Assembly: GCA_041480845.1 (NCBI GenBank)
Contig: JBGPAU010000003.1
Span: 1-54,758 of the forward strand
From: Patescibacteria group bacterium
GTDB lineage: Bacteria > Patescibacteriota > Microgenomatia > UBA8517
Length of the DNA: 54,758 nt
Reading direction: 5' to 3'
The translations under genes were made by a program, and so were the position numbers. The notes below the pieces were generated by a model. The model was given only the letters and a program-made list of their open reading frames with translations. It was not told the DNA's origin and searched no databases. Numbering within the stretch: position 1 is the first letter of the stretch; each line of letters starts with the position of its first letter. Below are positions 1 through 10,825 of this stretch, in pieces.

Positions 1-62
1 GGTACGTTCGTCCCGCTTCTTTAATGGCGGGCCTTTAGTGTTTTGAGGCCACAAAATATCTA

Positions 63-3000
63 ATGACATCTAAGAAAATATCCCGCAGAAATTTTGGGAA
101 GGAAGAAAAGAATCTACCCGAAATTAATCTTAGCCAAGTTCAAAAAGAAAGCTGGCAGTGGTTCTTGGGAGAAGGAATCAAGGAAGAGTTAATAGCGATT
201 TCCCCGATAGAAGACTTCACCGGTAAAAATTGGCAGTTAAGTTTGGGAGACCACTCCTTGGGAGAACCGACCGTTTCTCCAAAAACCGCTCAGAAAAAAG
301 GAATTACTTATGCTTCCCCCGTCAAAATCCGCGCAACACTTGTAAACAAAAGAACAGGAAAGGAAGTTACACAGGATGTATTCCTCGGGGATGTGCCGCA
401 GATGACAAGCTCGGGAACATTTATCATTAACGGAATAGAAAGGGCCGTTATTAATCAAATTGTCCGTTCGCCGGGAGCTTATTTCTCGGGAGAGCTTGAC
501 CCTTCAAGCGGACGTGTCCTTTATAAAGCAGAAATTCGCCCCTTACATGGAAGCTGGCTTGAATTTGAAACCACAAGGGCTGACATAATCTACGCAAGAA
601 TTGACAGACGCAGAAAAGTGCTGGCAACGGTTTTTCTGAGAGCTTTGGGACTTGCATCCGATCAGGAGATAGTCAATGCGTTCGCCGAAATAGATAAAAA
701 TGCCGACCATAAGTATATTGCGGCAACGTTGAGCAAGGATTCTACAAAAAGTCAGGAAGAGGCGTTGATTGAAATTTATAGGAAAATGAGGCCGGGGGAA
801 CCTGCCGTGCTTGATAACGCCGAGGCTCTTTTTGCAAGTTTGTTTACAGACGGCAGAAGGTATGATCTGGGCCGGGTAGGCAGATTCAAGATAAATAAGC
901 GCTTGGGGGTAAATCTTCCCAACGAAAAAAGCACCTGGGTACTGACAAGACAGGATGCGGTTGCAGCCGTAACCTATCTTATCGGTTTGCAAAACGGGGT
1001 AGGAAAACTTGACGATATTGACCACTTAAGTAACCGCAGGTTGAGAAGAGTCGGCGAGCTTGTTGCCGTAAATGCTTTCAGGGTGGGACTACTTCGGCTT
1101 GAAAGAAGCGTTAAAGAAAAGATGAGCCTAATCTCCCCCGATGATAAACCTCTTCCGGCCACTCTTATTAACGCACGTCCCTTAATTGCTTCCTTGAATG
1201 AATTTTTCAGAAGCAATCAGCTTTCGACAATCCTGGATGACACAAATCCTTTAAGCGAGGTGGATAACCTTAGGCGTATTTCCGTGCTTGGAACGGGCGG
1301 GATAAATAGAGAAAGAGCCAGCTTCTCCATCCGTGACGTTAATGCTTCACAATATGGAAGAATTGACCCTGTCAGAAGTCCGGAAGGACCAAATATAGGT
1401 CTTGTTACTTACTTGGCGCTGTATGCCAAGGTTGATGAATTCGGATTTATAGAAGCTCCTTACAGGAAAGTGGAAAAAGTCGGGAAGAAGGTAAGAGTTA
1501 CGGATGAAGTGGTTTATCTGACCGCGGACGATGAGGAAGATCATTATATTACCCATTCCGGGGTCGGAACGGATGCTGAAGGCTACATTACGGACAAGCG
1601 TGTGCCCTTGAGATATCGTGGTAAATTTATCGAAGGCGCTGCAAATTTGGTTGAGTATATTGATGTGACGCCGAGAGAAGTAGTCGGTGCCTCCGCATCT
1701 TTAATTCCCTTCCTGGCAAATGACGAAGGCAACAGGGCCCTAATGGGAAGCAACATGCAATGTCAGGCTGTCCCCCTTGTTAATCCGGAGTCTCCCGTAG
1801 TCGGGACGGGAATGGAGGGAGTAATTTCTGAAGGAATGCAAAGAGTAATCCGTGCAAGGCACGCCGGGGTTGTTGAGTATGTTGACGGCGAAAAAGTTGT
1901 GGTCAAACTTGATAAAAAGGCAGAAGAAGAGAATGTAAAAACCATTGATGTTGAAATTACCGAAGGGGGCAAAAAGGAGGTCTATTATTTGACCAAATTT
2001 AAGCGTACTGCCCATTCAACTTGCTATAATCAGATGGCCAGAGTTACCCCCGGACAAAAAGTTAAAATGGGGGACCTTTTGGTTGACGGTCCGGCAAGCG
2101 AGGATGGGGAGCTCGGACTGGGACGCAATTTGACGATTGCCTATACAAGCTTCGGAGGCTACGGATTTGAAGATGCAATTCTTATATCCGAAAGACTGGT
2201 AAAAGAAGACCTTTTGACATCAATTCACATCGAGGAGTATGAAGCAGAGGTGGTGGATACCAAGCTTGGCCCGGAGGAAATAACCAACGACATTCCCAAC
2301 GTTTCCGAGGCGGAGCTGGCTAACCTTGCCGGCGACGGGATTGTTATGATTGGGGCAGAAGTTGGACCGAATGACATATTGGTAGGTAAGATTGCTCCAA
2401 AAGGTGAAACCGAACTTACCTCTGAGGAAAGACTTTTAAGGGCTATTTTTGGTGAGAAAGCACGCGAAGTCAGGGACACTTCCCTTCGGATTCCCCATGG
2501 TGAACGCGGGATTGTGGTAGACGTTCAGATCTTGGATAGAGATAAGGGGGACGAGCTTGGCCCGGGAGTAATAATGAAAGTTATCGTGCGCGTTGCCCAG
2601 ATTAGAAAAATTACCGTTGGGGATAAAGTTGCGGGACGCCACGGAAATAAAGGTGTGGTGGCCAAGATTTTGCCGGTTTCGGATATGCCTTACATGGCGG
2701 ACGGAACCTCTGTAGATATTCTCATTTCCCCCCTTTCCGTCATTTCGCGTATGAATCTTGGGCAACTTATGGAGGCACATCTCGGGTGGGCTCTTAAGAC
2801 TAAAAATGAAAAAGGGTCTTTACCTGTTTTTGACAAAATCGGAGCCGATATTATTGCCAAAGAGCTTGCTGAGGCAGGCCTTCCGGTTACGGGTAAGACA
2901 AGGCTTTTTGACGGTAGGACTGGAGAGGCCTTTAAAGAAGACACCGTGGTTGGGATTAGCTACATAATGAAGCTGATCCACATGGTTGAGGATAAAACCC

Positions 3001-3431
3001 ATGCAAGAAGCACCGGTCCGTACTCTTTGGTTACACAACAGCCGTTGGGTGGAAAAGCCCAAATGGGAGGCCAGAGACTCGGGGAAATGGAAGTTTGGGC
3101 GCTTGAATCTCACAGGGCGGCTCATACCTTGCAGGAAATGCTTACGATTAAAAGCGATGACGTACTGGGCCGTGCTAAGGCGTTTGAAGCGATTGTCAAA
3201 GGCGTTGAAATTCCGGAGGCCACAATTCCTGAAAGCTTTAAAGTCCTTGTCCGTGAACTCAACTCACTTGGCTTAGCTGTGGAACCAAAGGGCGCGGTTG
3301 TTGCCAAAGTCGACGAAGGGGCAGTGGCAGAAGGATTGGATCTTGCCAAAGCAGCCGGAGCCGAAATAGTTGCAACCGAAGAACTAACATCAGACAAGGG
3401 ACCTATGGAAATAGAGGAGGTAGTAGCTTAA
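63..3431 (+). CDS. rpoB: DNA-directed RNA polymerase subunit beta
   Basis: 1122 aa; FIINGIER, PEGPNIGL, GDKVAGRHGNKG and GGQRLGEMEVWAL motifs. Confidence 0.99.
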   Translation: MTSKKISRRNFGKEEKNLPEINLSQVQKESWQWFLGEGIKEELIAISPIEDFTGKNWQLSLGDHSLGEPTVSPKTAQKKGITYASPVKIRATLVNKRTGKEVTQDVFLGDVPQMTSSGTFIINGIERAVINQIVRSPGAYFSGELDPSSGRVLYKAEIRPLHGSWLEFETTRADIIYARIDRRRKVLATVFLRALGLASDQEIVNAFAEIDKNADHKYIAATLSKDSTKSQEEALIEIYRKMRPGEPAVLDNAEALFASLFTDGRRYDLGRVGRFKINKRLGVNLPNEKSTWVLTRQDAVAAVTYLIGLQNGVGKLDDIDHLSNRRLRRVGELVAVNAFRVGLLRLERSVKEKMSLISPDDKPLPATLINARPLIASLNEFFRSNQLSTILDDTNPLSEVDNLRRISVLGTGGINRERASFSIRDVNASQYGRIDPVRSPEGPNIGLVTYLALYAKVDEFGFIEAPYRKVEKVGKKVRVTDEVVYLTADDEEDHYITHSGVGTDAEGYITDKRVPLRYRGKFIEGAANLVEYIDVTPREVVGASASLIPFLANDEGNRALMGSNMQCQAVPLVNPESPVVGTGMEGVISEGMQRVIRARHAGVVEYVDGEKVVVKLDKKAEEENVKTIDVEITEGGKKEVYYLTKFKRTAHSTCYNQMARVTPGQKVKMGDLLVDGPASEDGELGLGRNLTIAYTSFGGYGFEDAILISERLVKEDLLTSIHIEEYEAEVVDTKLGPEEITNDIPNVSEAELANLAGDGIVMIGAEVGPNDILVGKIAPKGETELTSEERLLRAIFGEKAREVRDTSLRIPHGERGIVVDVQILDRDKGDELGPGVIMKVIVRVAQIRKITVGDKVAGRHGNKGVVAKILPVSDMPYMADGTSVDILISPLSVISRMNLGQLMEAHLGWALKTKNEKGSLPVFDKIGADIIAKELAEAGLPVTGKTRLFDGRTGEAFKEDTVVGISYIMKLIHMVEDKTHARSTGPYSLVTQQPLGGKAQMGGQRLGEMEVWALESHRAAHTLQEMLTIKSDDVLGRAKAFEAIVKGVEIPEATIPESFKVLVRELNSLGLAVEPKGAVVAKVDEGAVAEGLDLAKAAGAEIVATEELTSDKGPMEIEEVVA

Positions 3432-3438
3432 TAAGACT

Positions 3439-6400
3439 ATGGAACAACTTGCAGATCTGAAAAACTTGGCCGATTTTAAGAGTTTATTGGTCAAATTTGC
3501 CTCGCCGGAGGAAATTAGAGCCTGGAGCCGTGGCGAAATTACCAAACCGGAAACCATTAATTACAGGACTCTTAAACCCGAAAAAGACGGTCTATTTGAT
3601 GAAAGAATCTTCGGTCCTACCAAAGATTGGGAGTGTTACTGCGGAAAATATAAGAGAATAAGATACAAAGGGGTGATCTGTGATAAATGCGGAGTTGAAG
3701 TTACTCAATCAAGAGTCAGGCGCGAGAGAATGGGTCATATCACTCTGGCGACTCCCACAGCCCACGTTTGGTTTTTCAAAGGCGCGCCTTCAAAAATCTC
3801 CCTTCTTCTCGGAGTGGCTCCGAGGGGGATCGAGCAAGTTATTTACTTCGCAAGATATCTGGTTACCGAGGTTGATGAAGAAAAGAAAAAAGACGCCCTC
3901 AAAAATATTCTAAAAGCCAAAGACGAAAGGCTGAATGGGGTCGCGGAAAATTTTAAATCACGCCACGATGCTCTTAAAATTGAGGAAAAGGAAGCAAAAG
4001 AAAAAATCGCGGCTAAGATTAAAAATCGGGAGCAGGCTTCTTTAGCCACGGCCGAGATCGAATTAAACTTGAGAAAGAAAGAGGCAGCGGTTAACGAGGA
4101 AGAAAAAGCCACCATGAACAAAACCGGTGAACTTTTCGATAATCTTGCGGCCGTTGCAAAAGGCTTGCGTGCCCTAAGCATTTTAAGTGAGGAAGAATTT
4201 GACGAGCTTTACGAACACGAAGCTACGGAGTTCTTTACGGCGAAAATGGGAGCCGACGCGATTCTTAATGCGATCGAAAAAATTAATTTGGAAGACGTCT
4301 CGAAGACGTTGAGAGAAGAAATTGGCACAATTAAAGGCGGAAGCAGCAAGTATGTAAAACTTGTTAAAAGACTAAAGCTTATTGACGGACTTAGGCGGGC
4401 CAAGGTTAACCCTTCCTGGATGATTCTAAGGGTACTGCCCGTTCTTCCTCCGGACTTAAGACCCATGGTGCAACTTTCCGGCGGTCGTTTTGCCACGAGC
4501 GACTTAAATGATCTATATAGGCGTGTTATCAACAGAAATAACCGTTTAAAGCACTTGATTTCACTTGGAGCTCCGGAAATAATCTTGCGAAACGAAAAAA
4601 GAATGCTTCAGGAAGCAGTTGATTCTTTGATTGATGCAAGCCAAAGGAAGGCAACCAGAAAAAGCCGCGGCAGGCAGCCACTAAGATCTCTAAGCGATAT
4701 GCTTCGCGGTAAGCAAGGAAGATTCAGGCAGAACTTATTGGGTAAAAGAGTCGATTATTCGGGAAGAAGCGTTGTCATAGTAGGTCCCGAGCTTAAACTC
4801 ACACAGTGCGGGCTTCCCAAAGATATGGCTTTGGAAATGTTCAAGCCTTTTGTACTTCGCGAGATGATCGCAAGGGGAATTGCCCCCAACGTCAAAAGTG
4901 CCAAAAACATGCTCGATAGGCGTCCCCCTGAAGTTTTTGACATTCTCGAAGAAATTACCAAGGACCACCCGGTTCTACTTAACCGTGCCCCTACTTTACA
5001 TAAACTTTCGATTCAGTCATTTTATCCGGTACTTATAGAAGGAAGCGCCATCAGGCTTCATCCCGCGGTTTGTTCCGGATTTAACGCCGATTTTGACGGC
5101 GATCAAATGGCGGTCCATGTTCCTCTTTCGACAAAAGCGGTTGAAGAGGCAAAAACCTTGATGCTTCCGACAAACAATTTACTTAAACCCAGCGATGGCG
5201 GACCTGCGGCCACCCCGTCCAGTAAGGAAATTGCACTCGGTGCATATTACCTGACCAGCGAAGATACGAGACTTCCTGCCTATCCGACAATTTTTGCGGA
5301 CAAGGATGAAGCAATTTATGTCTACCAATCAGATCATCTTGAGATCAGACAGAAAATAGCGGTAAAGATCGGCAAGGGGATAGTCGAAACTACTGTGGGC
5401 AGACTTCTTTTCAATGAAGTCTTACCGGAAAATTTTGATTTTATCAATGAGGCAGTGACCTCTTCGGTTATCAAATCTCTGTTTGTTAAAGCCTATGCGA
5501 CGGTTTCAAGAGAACGCGTGGTGCAACTTGTCGATGATATTAAAGATCTCGGATTTTTTGGCGGAACCATGTCCGGAATCTCATTCGGTATTTTTGATGC
5601 CAAACTTTACCCCGGAAAAGCCAAAGTGCTCGAAGAAGCCGACGATCGGGTTTCCGAAATAGAGGACAATTTCAACCAGGGTCTTATTACGGCTGAAGAA
5701 AAAAGGCGCCTTACTCAGGAAGTTTGGATTGAAGTCTCGGAAGATTTGGCCGATAAAACCTGGAACGAGATGGAAGCAACAAACCCGATCCGTGTAGTAA
5801 TTGATGCCAAAGTGGGTCGTGCTTCAAGGGATCAGGTTAAGCAGCTCGCTGCAATCCGCGGACTCGTTGTTGACCCTCTTGGAAAAATTGTTGAACTTCC
5901 TATTAAGAGTAACTTTAGGGAAGGCCTTTCCGTATTTGAATACGTTACTTCCTCCCGCGGTTCCAGAAAAGGTCTAACCGACACTGCTATTAAAACCGCA
6001 GACGCGGGGTATCTTACAAGAAGGCTGGTAGACGTTGCTCATGATGTTATCGTAAGATTGGAAGATTGCGGAACGAAAGAAGGTTATGAAATTAAGAAAG
6101 AATCCCGTCCTCATGTTTTTGCCCAAAGAATTTTCGGCAGATTTGCCGCCAAAGATGTTATTGCTCCTAAAGGAAAGACTGTACTGGCCGCGGCAGGAGA
6201 AATTATCGATGAAGCCACAGCCAAGAAAATTGATGAAGCAGGAATTATTTCGGTTATAGTCAGGTCTCCTTTAACCTGTGAGGCCAGATACGGAATGTGC
6301 GTAAAGTGCTACGGTTGGGATCTTGGAACCAAGAGTACGGTAGAAGTCGGAATGCCGGTTGGAGTCGTTGCGGCTCAGTCAATCGGAGAGCCCGGAACCC

Positions 6401-7158
6401 AACTTACTCTGCGTACAAAGCACGCCGCAGGTGTTGTCGGAGTCGATGTTACTCAAGGGTTACCCAGAGTTGAGGAATTGGTTGAAGCCAGGCTTCCTAA
6501 AGTTGTCTCGGCCTTAAGCGAAATTACAGGTAAGGCCCACATTTTGGAAACCGATGAAGGTTGGAAAGTTACAATCACCTCTAAAGGTACTCCCAAAGAA
6601 GAGAAAGAATATATTATTGCCAAAACTCTTGAACTTGCAGTTGAAGACGGAGCTATAGTTGAGGCCGGAGAAGCTCTTGCCAAGGGGGCCCTCGATATTA
6701 AAGATATCCTTTCGATTAAGGGCTTAAGAGCCGCGCAGGAATATCTTGTCAGTGAAATCCAAAAAGTTTATGAATCTCAAGGGATTCCGATCAACGACAG
6801 GCATTTTGAGGTTATTGCCAGGAAGATGAGCGACGAAGTCAGAATGGTTACAACTGGAGATACTCCATTCCTTCCGGGGGAGCTCGCCAGTCGTGCCAGT
6901 TTTGAGGAAGAAAATGATAAAGTTTTGGCCGCCGGGGGGGAACCGGCAAGCGCCCAGCAAGTGGTTTTGGGAATTACGAGGAGAGCACTTTATACGGACA
7001 GCTGGCTTTCTGCAGCCTCATTTGAGCAGACAACAGATGTTCTTACTGAAGCTTCACTCTTGGGCCGTGAAGACAAACTTGTCGGCCTCAAGGAAAACGT
7101 TATAATTGGGAGGCTTATTCCGGTTACCGCGGAAAGAGCGGCGATGAATCAAGGTTAA
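3439..7158 (+). CDS. rpoC: DNA-directed RNA polymerase subunit beta prime
   Basis: 1239 aa; N-terminal Zn finger (CYCGKYK...CDKCG), catalytic [20 protein letters not shown]. Confidence 0.99.
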   Translation: MEQLADLKNLADFKSLLVKFASPEEIRAWSRGEITKPETINYRTLKPEKDGLFDERIFGPTKDWECYCGKYKRIRYKGVICDKCGVEVTQSRVRRERMGHITLATPTAHVWFFKGAPSKISLLLGVAPRGIEQVIYFARYLVTEVDEEKKKDALKNILKAKDERLNGVAENFKSRHDALKIEEKEAKEKIAAKIKNREQASLATAEIELNLRKKEAAVNEEEKATMNKTGELFDNLAAVAKGLRALSILSEEEFDELYEHEATEFFTAKMGADAILNAIEKINLEDVSKTLREEIGTIKGGSSKYVKLVKRLKLIDGLRRAKVNPSWMILRVLPVLPPDLRPMVQLSGGRFATSDLNDLYRRVINRNNRLKHLISLGAPEIILRNEKRMLQEAVDSLIDASQRKATRKSRGRQPLRSLSDMLRGKQGRFRQNLLGKRVDYSGRSVVIVGPELKLTQCGLPKDMALEMFKPFVLREMIARGIAPNVKSAKNMLDRRPPEVFDILEEITKDHPVLLNRAPTLHKLSIQSFYPVLIEGSAIRLHPAVCSGFNADFDGDQMAVHVPLSTKAVEEAKTLMLPTNNLLKPSDGGPAATPSSKEIALGAYYLTSEDTRLPAYPTIFADKDEAIYVYQSDHLEIRQKIAVKIGKGIVETTVGRLLFNEVLPENFDFINEAVTSSVIKSLFVKAYATVSRERVVQLVDDIKDLGFFGGTMSGISFGIFDAKLYPGKAKVLEEADDRVSEIEDNFNQGLITAEEKRRLTQEVWIEVSEDLADKTWNEMEATNPIRVVIDAKVGRASRDQVKQLAAIRGLVVDPLGKIVELPIKSNFREGLSVFEYVTSSRGSRKGLTDTAIKTADAGYLTRRLVDVAHDVIVRLEDCGTKEGYEIKKESRPHVFAQRIFGRFAAKDVIAPKGKTVLAAAGEIIDEATAKKIDEAGIISVIVRSPLTCEARYGMCVKCYGWDLGTKSTVEVGMPVGVVAAQSIGEPGTQLTLRTKHAAGVVGVDVTQGLPRVEELVEARLPKVVSALSEITGKAHILETDEGWKVTITSKGTPKEEKEYIIAKTLELAVEDGAIVEAGEALAKGALDIKDILSIKGLRAAQEYLVSEIQKVYESQGIPINDRHFEVIARKMSDEVRMVTTGDTPFLPGELASRASFEEENDKVLAAGGEPASAQQVVLGITRRALYTDSWLSAASFEQTTDVLTEASLLGREDKLVGLKENVIIGRLIPVTAERAAMNQG

Positions 7159-7159
7159 C

Positions 7160-7588
7160 ATGCCAACAATTAATCAACTGACAAGAAAAGGCAGGAAAAA
7201 GATTGTCAAAAAGACAAAAACCACGGCTCTTAAGAGATGGTTTAATGCCAAGGACAGAAAGTTTTCGATAAGTCACGCTACTTTTAAGCGGGGGGTTGTA
7301 CTGGCTGTTAGAACCATGACGCCCAAAAAACCTAACTCGGCCCTTCGTAAAGTTGCCAGAGTACGCCTTTCAAATAAGCAGGAAATCACGGCTTATATTC
7401 CGGGTGAAGGACATGAATTGGCGGAACATTCAATCGTATTGGTCCGCGGCGGTCGTGTCAAAGATCTTCCGGGAGTTAAATATCACATAGTTAGAGGTAA
7501 ATATGACACGACCGGAGTAGCAGGCAGGCAAACGGGGAGAAGCAGATACGGAGCCAAGAAAGGACAGGCAGGAGCTAAGGCAGCTTAA
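7160..7588 (+). CDS. rpsL: 30S ribosomal protein S12
   Basis: MPTINQL start, [20 protein letters not shown]. Confidence 0.99.
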   Translation: MPTINQLTRKGRKKIVKKTKTTALKRWFNAKDRKFSISHATFKRGVVLAVRTMTPKKPNSALRKVARVRLSNKQEITAYIPGEGHELAEHSIVLVRGGRVKDLPGVKYHIVRGKYDTTGVAGRQTGRSRYGAKKGQAGAKAA

Positions 7589-7594
7589 TCAAAA

Positions 7595-8074
7595 ATGGCA
7601 AGAAAAGGAACAGTCAGACCAAAAATTTTAGAGCCGGATCCCGTTTATGGGAACCGCTTGGTAACAAAACTTATCAATAGGAGTATGCGTGACGGTAAAA
7701 AATCTGTGGCCAGAACTGAAATTTATGAAGCTTTTGAAATAATCAAAGAAAAGTCAGAAGGGGATCCTTTGAAAGTTTTTAATCAGGCTTTGGGAAATAT
7801 CAAACCGACCATGGAAGTCAGAGCCCGGAGAATCGGAGGAGCAGCCTATCAGGTTCCGGCTCCCGTAAGAGGTACCAGAAGTGAATCCTTGGCGATAAGA
7901 TGGCTAATAGCGGCTGCAAATGCCAGATCGAATTCCGATTTTCATACCTACGGCAAGAAACTTGCCGCTGAAATAACAGATGCAGCCAAAGGCGAAGGCG
8001 CGGCTGTAAAGAAAAGAACAGACATGGAAAGAGTTGCCGAAGCCAACAAAGCCTTTGCCCACTTCAGGTGGTAA
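7595..8074 (+). CDS. rpsG: 30S ribosomal protein S7
   Basis: RRIGGAAYQVP, AEANKAFAHFRW. Confidence 0.99.
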   Translation: MARKGTVRPKILEPDPVYGNRLVTKLINRSMRDGKKSVARTEIYEAFEIIKEKSEGDPLKVFNQALGNIKPTMEVRARRIGGAAYQVPAPVRGTRSESLAIRWLIAAANARSNSDFHTYGKKLAAEITDAAKGEGAAVKKRTDMERVAEANKAFAHFRW

Positions 8075-8076
8075 GC

Positions 8077-8478
8077 CTAGTGTTTAAGAAGAAAATCTAA
8101 ACCTCCCTGGATATTTTCCACCCACTCGTCTGAAACATCTCCTTCAATTTCGAAACTCTCCTTAAATCTTCCGTCTCGTGTTCCTAGACTTCCGGGGTTT
8201 TTGACCCTAAATTCGGCGTTTTTTTCCAATATGCTATATGGGTTTAGTGGTCCATGGATAGTATCCCACGACCTTATATCTATGCCGCTTAGACTATCAT
8301 CATCCCAATGGCTTTGAATTTCGACCAGTGTGCTATCTATTAGAACTAGTCGCCGGTCGTATGTTGTATGGTCAGCTGACTTTTCTAATAAATGACATGC
8401 TGTTTCCCAAAGAAGTCCAAGCTTCTCTTGTTCAATAGTTGGAGTTAGAGTTTCTGTGGGCTTAGTTTCGGCTGACAT
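8077..8478 (-). CDS. Orphan hypothetical protein (about 133 aa) between rpsG and fusA
   Basis: Open frame filling the rpsG-fusA gap; ATG at 8478 lies 7 nt after a TTGACA-17-TCTAAT promoter. Confidence 0.75.
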   Translation of the reverse strand: MSAETKPTETLTPTIEQEKLGLLWETACHLLEKSADHTTYDRRLVLIDSTLVEIQSHWDDDSLSGIDIRSWDTIHGPLNPYSILEKNAEFRVKNPGSLGTRDGRFKESFEIEGDVSDEWVENIQGGLDFLLKH

Positions 8479-8485
8479 TTTGCCA

Positions 8486-8514
8486 ATTAGACATCTAAAA
8501 TTCTCTTTTGTCAA
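8486..8514 (-). promoter_or_regulatory. Sigma70-type promoter of the orphan gene (leaderless)
   Basis: TTGACA (8514-8509), 17 nt, TCTAAT (8491-8486). Confidence 0.55.
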
Positions 8515-8535
8515 GACATCTCAATCAAGTACGCA

Positions 8536-8564
8536 TTGAATTACTACCGGCTTGCTGGTAGAAT
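8536..8564 (+). promoter_or_regulatory. Putative fusA promoter
   Basis: TTGAAT-17-TAGAAT; a second TAGAAT at 8600-8605 lies 5 nt before the ATG. Confidence 0.5.
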
Positions 8565-8610
8565 TACACTTGCTTCCGAAAGGAAGTTTTTATTTGTTAT
8601 AGAATAAGAT

Positions 8611-10782
8611 ATGGCAGAAGTAGCAAAGAAAAAGGCAGCGATAGTAATGACGGCGACAAAGGACCGTAATGTCTCCTATGAAAAGATCCGAAATATAGGT
8701 ATTATTGCCCATATCGATGCCGGGAAAACCACGACTACCGAGAGGATTCTTTTCGAAACCGGCAGGACTTACAAAATCGGTTCGGTTGATGAAGGAACTA
8801 CTGTTACCGACTGGATGGCCCAGGAGCGCGAGCGCGGGATTACAATTGTTTCCGCTGCAATCACAACCTTCTGGGATCTGAAGAAAAGTAGTTCAGTCGA
8901 GGCAGGACACTACAGAATTAATATCATTGATACACCCGGTCATATTGATTTTACAGCCGAAGTTGAACGTTCTTTGAGGGTCCTGGACGGGGCTCTCATG
9001 GTTTTTGATGGCCGTACCGGAGTTGAATCCCAATCGGAAACCGTTTGGAGACAGGCCGATAGATATAATGTCCCCCGAATCTGCGTTTTAAATAAATTAA
9101 ACCTAATCGGTGCCGATTTTGAGGGTTCAATAAAATCAATCCGTGAAAGACTGGGTGCAAACGCGGCTCCAATAATAGTTCCTATCGGCCAGGAACATGA
9201 ACATAGAGGTGTGGTCGATTTAATTAAAATGAGGGCTTTCACTTATAAAGCAGTTGAGGATCACGAATTAACCGAGGGAGAAATTCCGGCGGAGGTTGCC
9301 GAAAGCGTCAAAAAATATAGAAGAGAACTTCTGGAAAGAGCCGCCGAGTTTGACGACGAAGCCCTGAATATGTTCCTTGAGGGCAAAGATCTTGACGAAA
9401 TAACTCTTAAAAGAGCGATACGCAAAGGGGTTATTTCAGGAAAGTTTTTCCCGATTTTTGGCGGGGACAACAGAACCGCCGAAAGCCAATTACTCTTGGA
9501 TGGAGTTGTAGAGTTTTTGCCATCCCCCCTGGATCTTCCTCCTGTTGAAGGAATTGATCCTAAAACCGGTGAAAAAGCTACCCGCGAGAGGAAAAATGAG
9601 GCTCCGTTTTCCGGTCTTGCCTTTAAAGTCATGACGGATTCCCATGTGGGCCGGCTTGTTTATGTCAGAATTTATTCCGGAACTCTTTCCGCGGGGCAAC
9701 AGGTTTATAACTCCTCGGAGCGAAAACCGGAAAGAATCGGAAAGCTGGTACTTCTCCACGCGGACCAGCGGGAACTTATCGAAACCGCTTATGCCGGAGA
9801 AATCGTGGCTGTTGTCGGAATAAAAGATACAACCACAGGCAATACATTATGTGATTTGGGTCATCCTATTGTTCTTGAATCCATTAATTTCCCCGAGCCT
9901 GTTATTTCACTGGCAATCGAACCCGCCACAAAAAGCGACCAGGAAAAAATGGGCTTGGCTTTAAGTAAGCTTTCCGACGAAGACCCGACCTTCAGAATCA
10001 AAAGCAATCCCGAAACGGGACAAACCATCATTTCCGGAATGGGTGAACTTCAGCTTGAAGTTCTGGTAGATCGGATGAAGAGGGAATTTAACGTTTTGGC
10101 CACAACCGGCGCACCCCAGGTTGCTTATAAAGAAACCGTTAAGAAAATCGGCGAAGGCGAAGGCAAATATATCCGCCAAACCGGAGGCCGCGGGCAGTAT
10201 GGTCATTGTCTTATTCGTCTTGAACCCATGGGTAGGGGTGAAGGTTTTGAATTTAAGAGTGAAATTAAGGGTGGCGCAATTCCCAATGAATATATTTCCC
10301 CAATTGAAAAAGGTATCAAAGAAAAAATGGAGAATGGAGTTATGGCTGGTTTTCCCATGGTTGATATGAAAGCTGTCGTTTTTGACGGAAGTTTCCATGA
10401 AGTCGACTCTTCGGAAATTGCCTTTAAGATTGCCGGCTCCATGGCACTGGAGGATGCATTTAAAAAATCTGATCCGATTCTTTTGGAGCCTATTATGAAA
10501 GTCGAAGTTTCCACTCCCGATGAATTTATGGGAGATGTTATTGGCGACCTTTCTTCAAAACGCGCCCAAGTTTCCGGAACCGAAAAAAGAGGGCTTATGA
10601 CCATAATCAATGCACAGGCACCTTTGGCCGAACTTTCGGGTTACGCAACCATACTTAGGTCACTAACCCAAGGTAGGGCCAGTTACTATATGGAGCCAAG
10701 TCACTACGAAGAAGTACCAAGAAATATTTCTGAAGCAATCGTGGCTAAAGCCGGTAAAGTTACAATGGCGCGGGGCAATTAA
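8611..10782 (+). CDS. fusA: Elongation factor G
   Basis: RNIGIIAHIDAGKTTTTERIL, DTPGHIDF, GGRGQYGH; str-operon position. Confidence 0.99.
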   Translation: MAEVAKKKAAIVMTATKDRNVSYEKIRNIGIIAHIDAGKTTTTERILFETGRTYKIGSVDEGTTVTDWMAQERERGITIVSAAITTFWDLKKSSSVEAGHYRINIIDTPGHIDFTAEVERSLRVLDGALMVFDGRTGVESQSETVWRQADRYNVPRICVLNKLNLIGADFEGSIKSIRERLGANAAPIIVPIGQEHEHRGVVDLIKMRAFTYKAVEDHELTEGEIPAEVAESVKKYRRELLERAAEFDDEALNMFLEGKDLDEITLKRAIRKGVISGKFFPIFGGDNRTAESQLLLDGVVEFLPSPLDLPPVEGIDPKTGEKATRERKNEAPFSGLAFKVMTDSHVGRLVYVRIYSGTLSAGQQVYNSSERKPERIGKLVLLHADQRELIETAYAGEIVAVVGIKDTTTGNTLCDLGHPIVLESINFPEPVISLAIEPATKSDQEKMGLALSKLSDEDPTFRIKSNPETGQTIISGMGELQLEVLVDRMKREFNVLATTGAPQVAYKETVKKIGEGEGKYIRQTGGRGQYGHCLIRLEPMGRGEGFEFKSEIKGGAIPNEYISPIEKGIKEKMENGVMAGFPMVDMKAVVFDGSFHEVDSSEIAFKIAGSMALEDAFKKSDPILLEPIMKVEVSTPDEFMGDVIGDLSSKRAQVSGTEKRGLMTIINAQAPLAELSGYATILRSLTQGRASYYMEPSHYEEVPRNISEAIVAKAGKVTMARGN

Positions 10783-10785
10783 CCC

Positions 10786-10815
10786 TTGACTTGCCTAGCT
10801 AGCCTCGATTATAAT
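10786..10815 (+). promoter_or_regulatory. tuf promoter
   Basis: TTGACT-18-TATAAT, 10 nt before the ATG. Confidence 0.6.
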
Positions 10816-10825
10816 TAGCACTTGT

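Noticed and set aside
12-31. Hairpin cccgc...gcggg upstream of rpoB
   Set aside because: At the window edge without upstream context; a terminator cannot be told from a leader element.
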